Shown here in pieces: positions 62,441 to 64,000 of a DNA stretch of 64,000 bases. Source of the stretch: Octopus vulgaris (lineage: Eukaryota); contig OX597817.1 in the NCBI GenBank assembly GCA_951406725.2, positions 110,546,001 to 110,610,000 of the forward strand. Reading direction: 5' to 3'. The position numbers were made by a program, and so were the translations under genes. Position 1 is the stretch's first letter. Every line of letters begins with the position of its first letter. The notes beneath the pieces are model-generated. The model was given only the letters and a program-made list of their open reading frames with translations, ran no database searches and was not told the DNA's origin.

Positions 62441-63239
62441 ATTACTAACATTTTGATAAGTCAGACCTGCTTTCCAGATCATGTTAACAGTAAAAGTGAA
62501 CACATTATGCTCCTAATCATGTGTGTGTGTGTGTGTGTAGGGATATGGTTGACTGGATAAAGTATTGGAGTATTTGCTCTTAAGTTAATGGTTTAAATCC
62601 TCAGTAGGTGTTTAATTGCACTGCATCATTTCCTCTAGTTGCTAGGTATTATATTGCATGTTATGGTTAGTGTGCACCAGTGCTTTCCATGTTAAACTCA
62701 TTTGGCTGAGTGCATCCAAAGCAGTGCTATACCTTTTCTTTTATTGATTTCAGTCAACAGACTGCATTCATAATGGGGTACTGGCTTTTGAGGGTATTAA
62801 TCAATTATATCAACCCCAGTACTTTATTTTCTACTTATTCTGTTAGTGTTGTAAAGAGAAATGGCAAAGTCAACCTTGGTATAAAGGGATATAACCAGTG
62901 TTTGTTCAACAAGACACTTTTGCACTACTATCCCACACTGATATAATACATATAACACACACACAATTTATGGACTTCAGTAGTTTATTTCTATCAAATT
63001 TCGCTCAGAGGCTATGGTCGAAGACACTTGTGAAGGTGCCATGCAAAGCAATTGACCCCAGAAGCATATGATTGTGAAACAAATTTTTTGATTGCATAAC
63101 CATGTTTGTCCCCTATATTTCAATTTCTATAATTTTGAGCTATAGTTACACCCACATTTTTGTTAGTACCTGGGCAAAATATTTGCTGTTATAACCTGTC
63201 ATTGAAATTCCTTCAAGAAAACCTTTGCATTGTGTATGT

Positions 63240-64000
63240 CATCATCATCTTCGTTGTCTTTTTGGGTTGGATAGTTTGAGAGGATCTGATGGATTGGAGA
63301 TATGTGTTGTGTTTCAATGACTGCTTTGGCATAGTTTCTACAGCTGGATGCCCTTCCTAAAGCCAACCACTTTACAGAATGTACTGGGTACATTTTGTAG
63401 CACTAGGACTAATGAGGTCACTGTAGTTTGCACGACTAAGATTCCCTTTGGCTTAGTGGGACTACAGTCAAGAGGGAGGCAACTTTATGCTAGATGATAA
63501 GAAGTTAAATCATGAAAGAAGCTGGAACAGGTTTTTTGCTGTAGAGGAGATATAGGGCAACTCGCATTATACATTTGCGGGTGGAAAGAGAAGTAAAGAT
63601 GGTTGTGTCAAGGTGTCAGAGTGCTCCCTCAAGATACAAAAAGGTAAAGAGAAGTGAGATAGAATAGGAAAACAGGAAGGGTGTGTGGGTAGACGTTGCA
63701 CACTTGTGTGGGAGAGTGAATGATGCTTAGAGATGGAGTAAGGGTGTTAGGGTGAATATAATTAAAGATGGACAAGAGTTGAGAGGTAATTGATGATAGA
63801 TAAGGATTGAAAAGATGGTAAAGGAGAGTAAGTGACAACTGTAAAAATTGGATAGAGTTGGGGTAGATGTAGCGAATGGTGAACAAAGGGTGATTGATAA
63901 TGCATGTGAGTTGAAAAGAAGGTGATGACTGTCGGAGAGTTGGTGATAACTGGCTGTACAAAAGTGGAGTGAAGGGCAAATAAAAATAATACAGCAGGTA
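63240..64000 (-). mobile_element. Non-autonomous element with a pyrimidine-rich body and an RTE-type tail (runs off window)
   Basis: Tail GTTTCTACAGCTGGATGCCCTTCCTAA followed by a GA-rich body related to 33135-33840. Confidence 0.55.

Overview
AT-rich, repeat-saturated eukaryotic DNA with no recognisable host exon. The SINE set (tRNA-head CORE-type SINEs, Meta-domain SINEs, RTE-type tails ending in (GAT)n) and the dense (TA)n/(CA)n microsatellites suggest an octopus/cephalopod intron or intergenic region; this is inference from repeat signatures. Contents: two RTE LINE families carrying a PHD-like Cys/His finger inside the RT, CR1-type 3' ends, a Tc1 (DD34E) copy, two DD37D (maT-type) copies, a pogo/Tc2-like deletion derivative, non-autonomous Helitrons and a HINE, solo LTRs and MITEs. 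The main observation is a set of non-coding, (TA)n-associated, Penelope-type/retrozyme-like repeats carrying minimal type I hammerhead ribozyme (HHR) motifs. The clearest is a young ~361-bp tandem-plus-inverted array at 9919-10970 with a U3-A8 core variant. Other HHR motifs lie at ~640, ~1140, ~2390, ~38.7/39.1 kb, ~49.9 kb (G3-C8 variant) and in both arms of a perfect 136-bp palindrome at 56596-56731. All folds were derived by eye. Boundaries of degraded repeats are approximate, and most listed ORFs are microsatellite or antisense artefacts.
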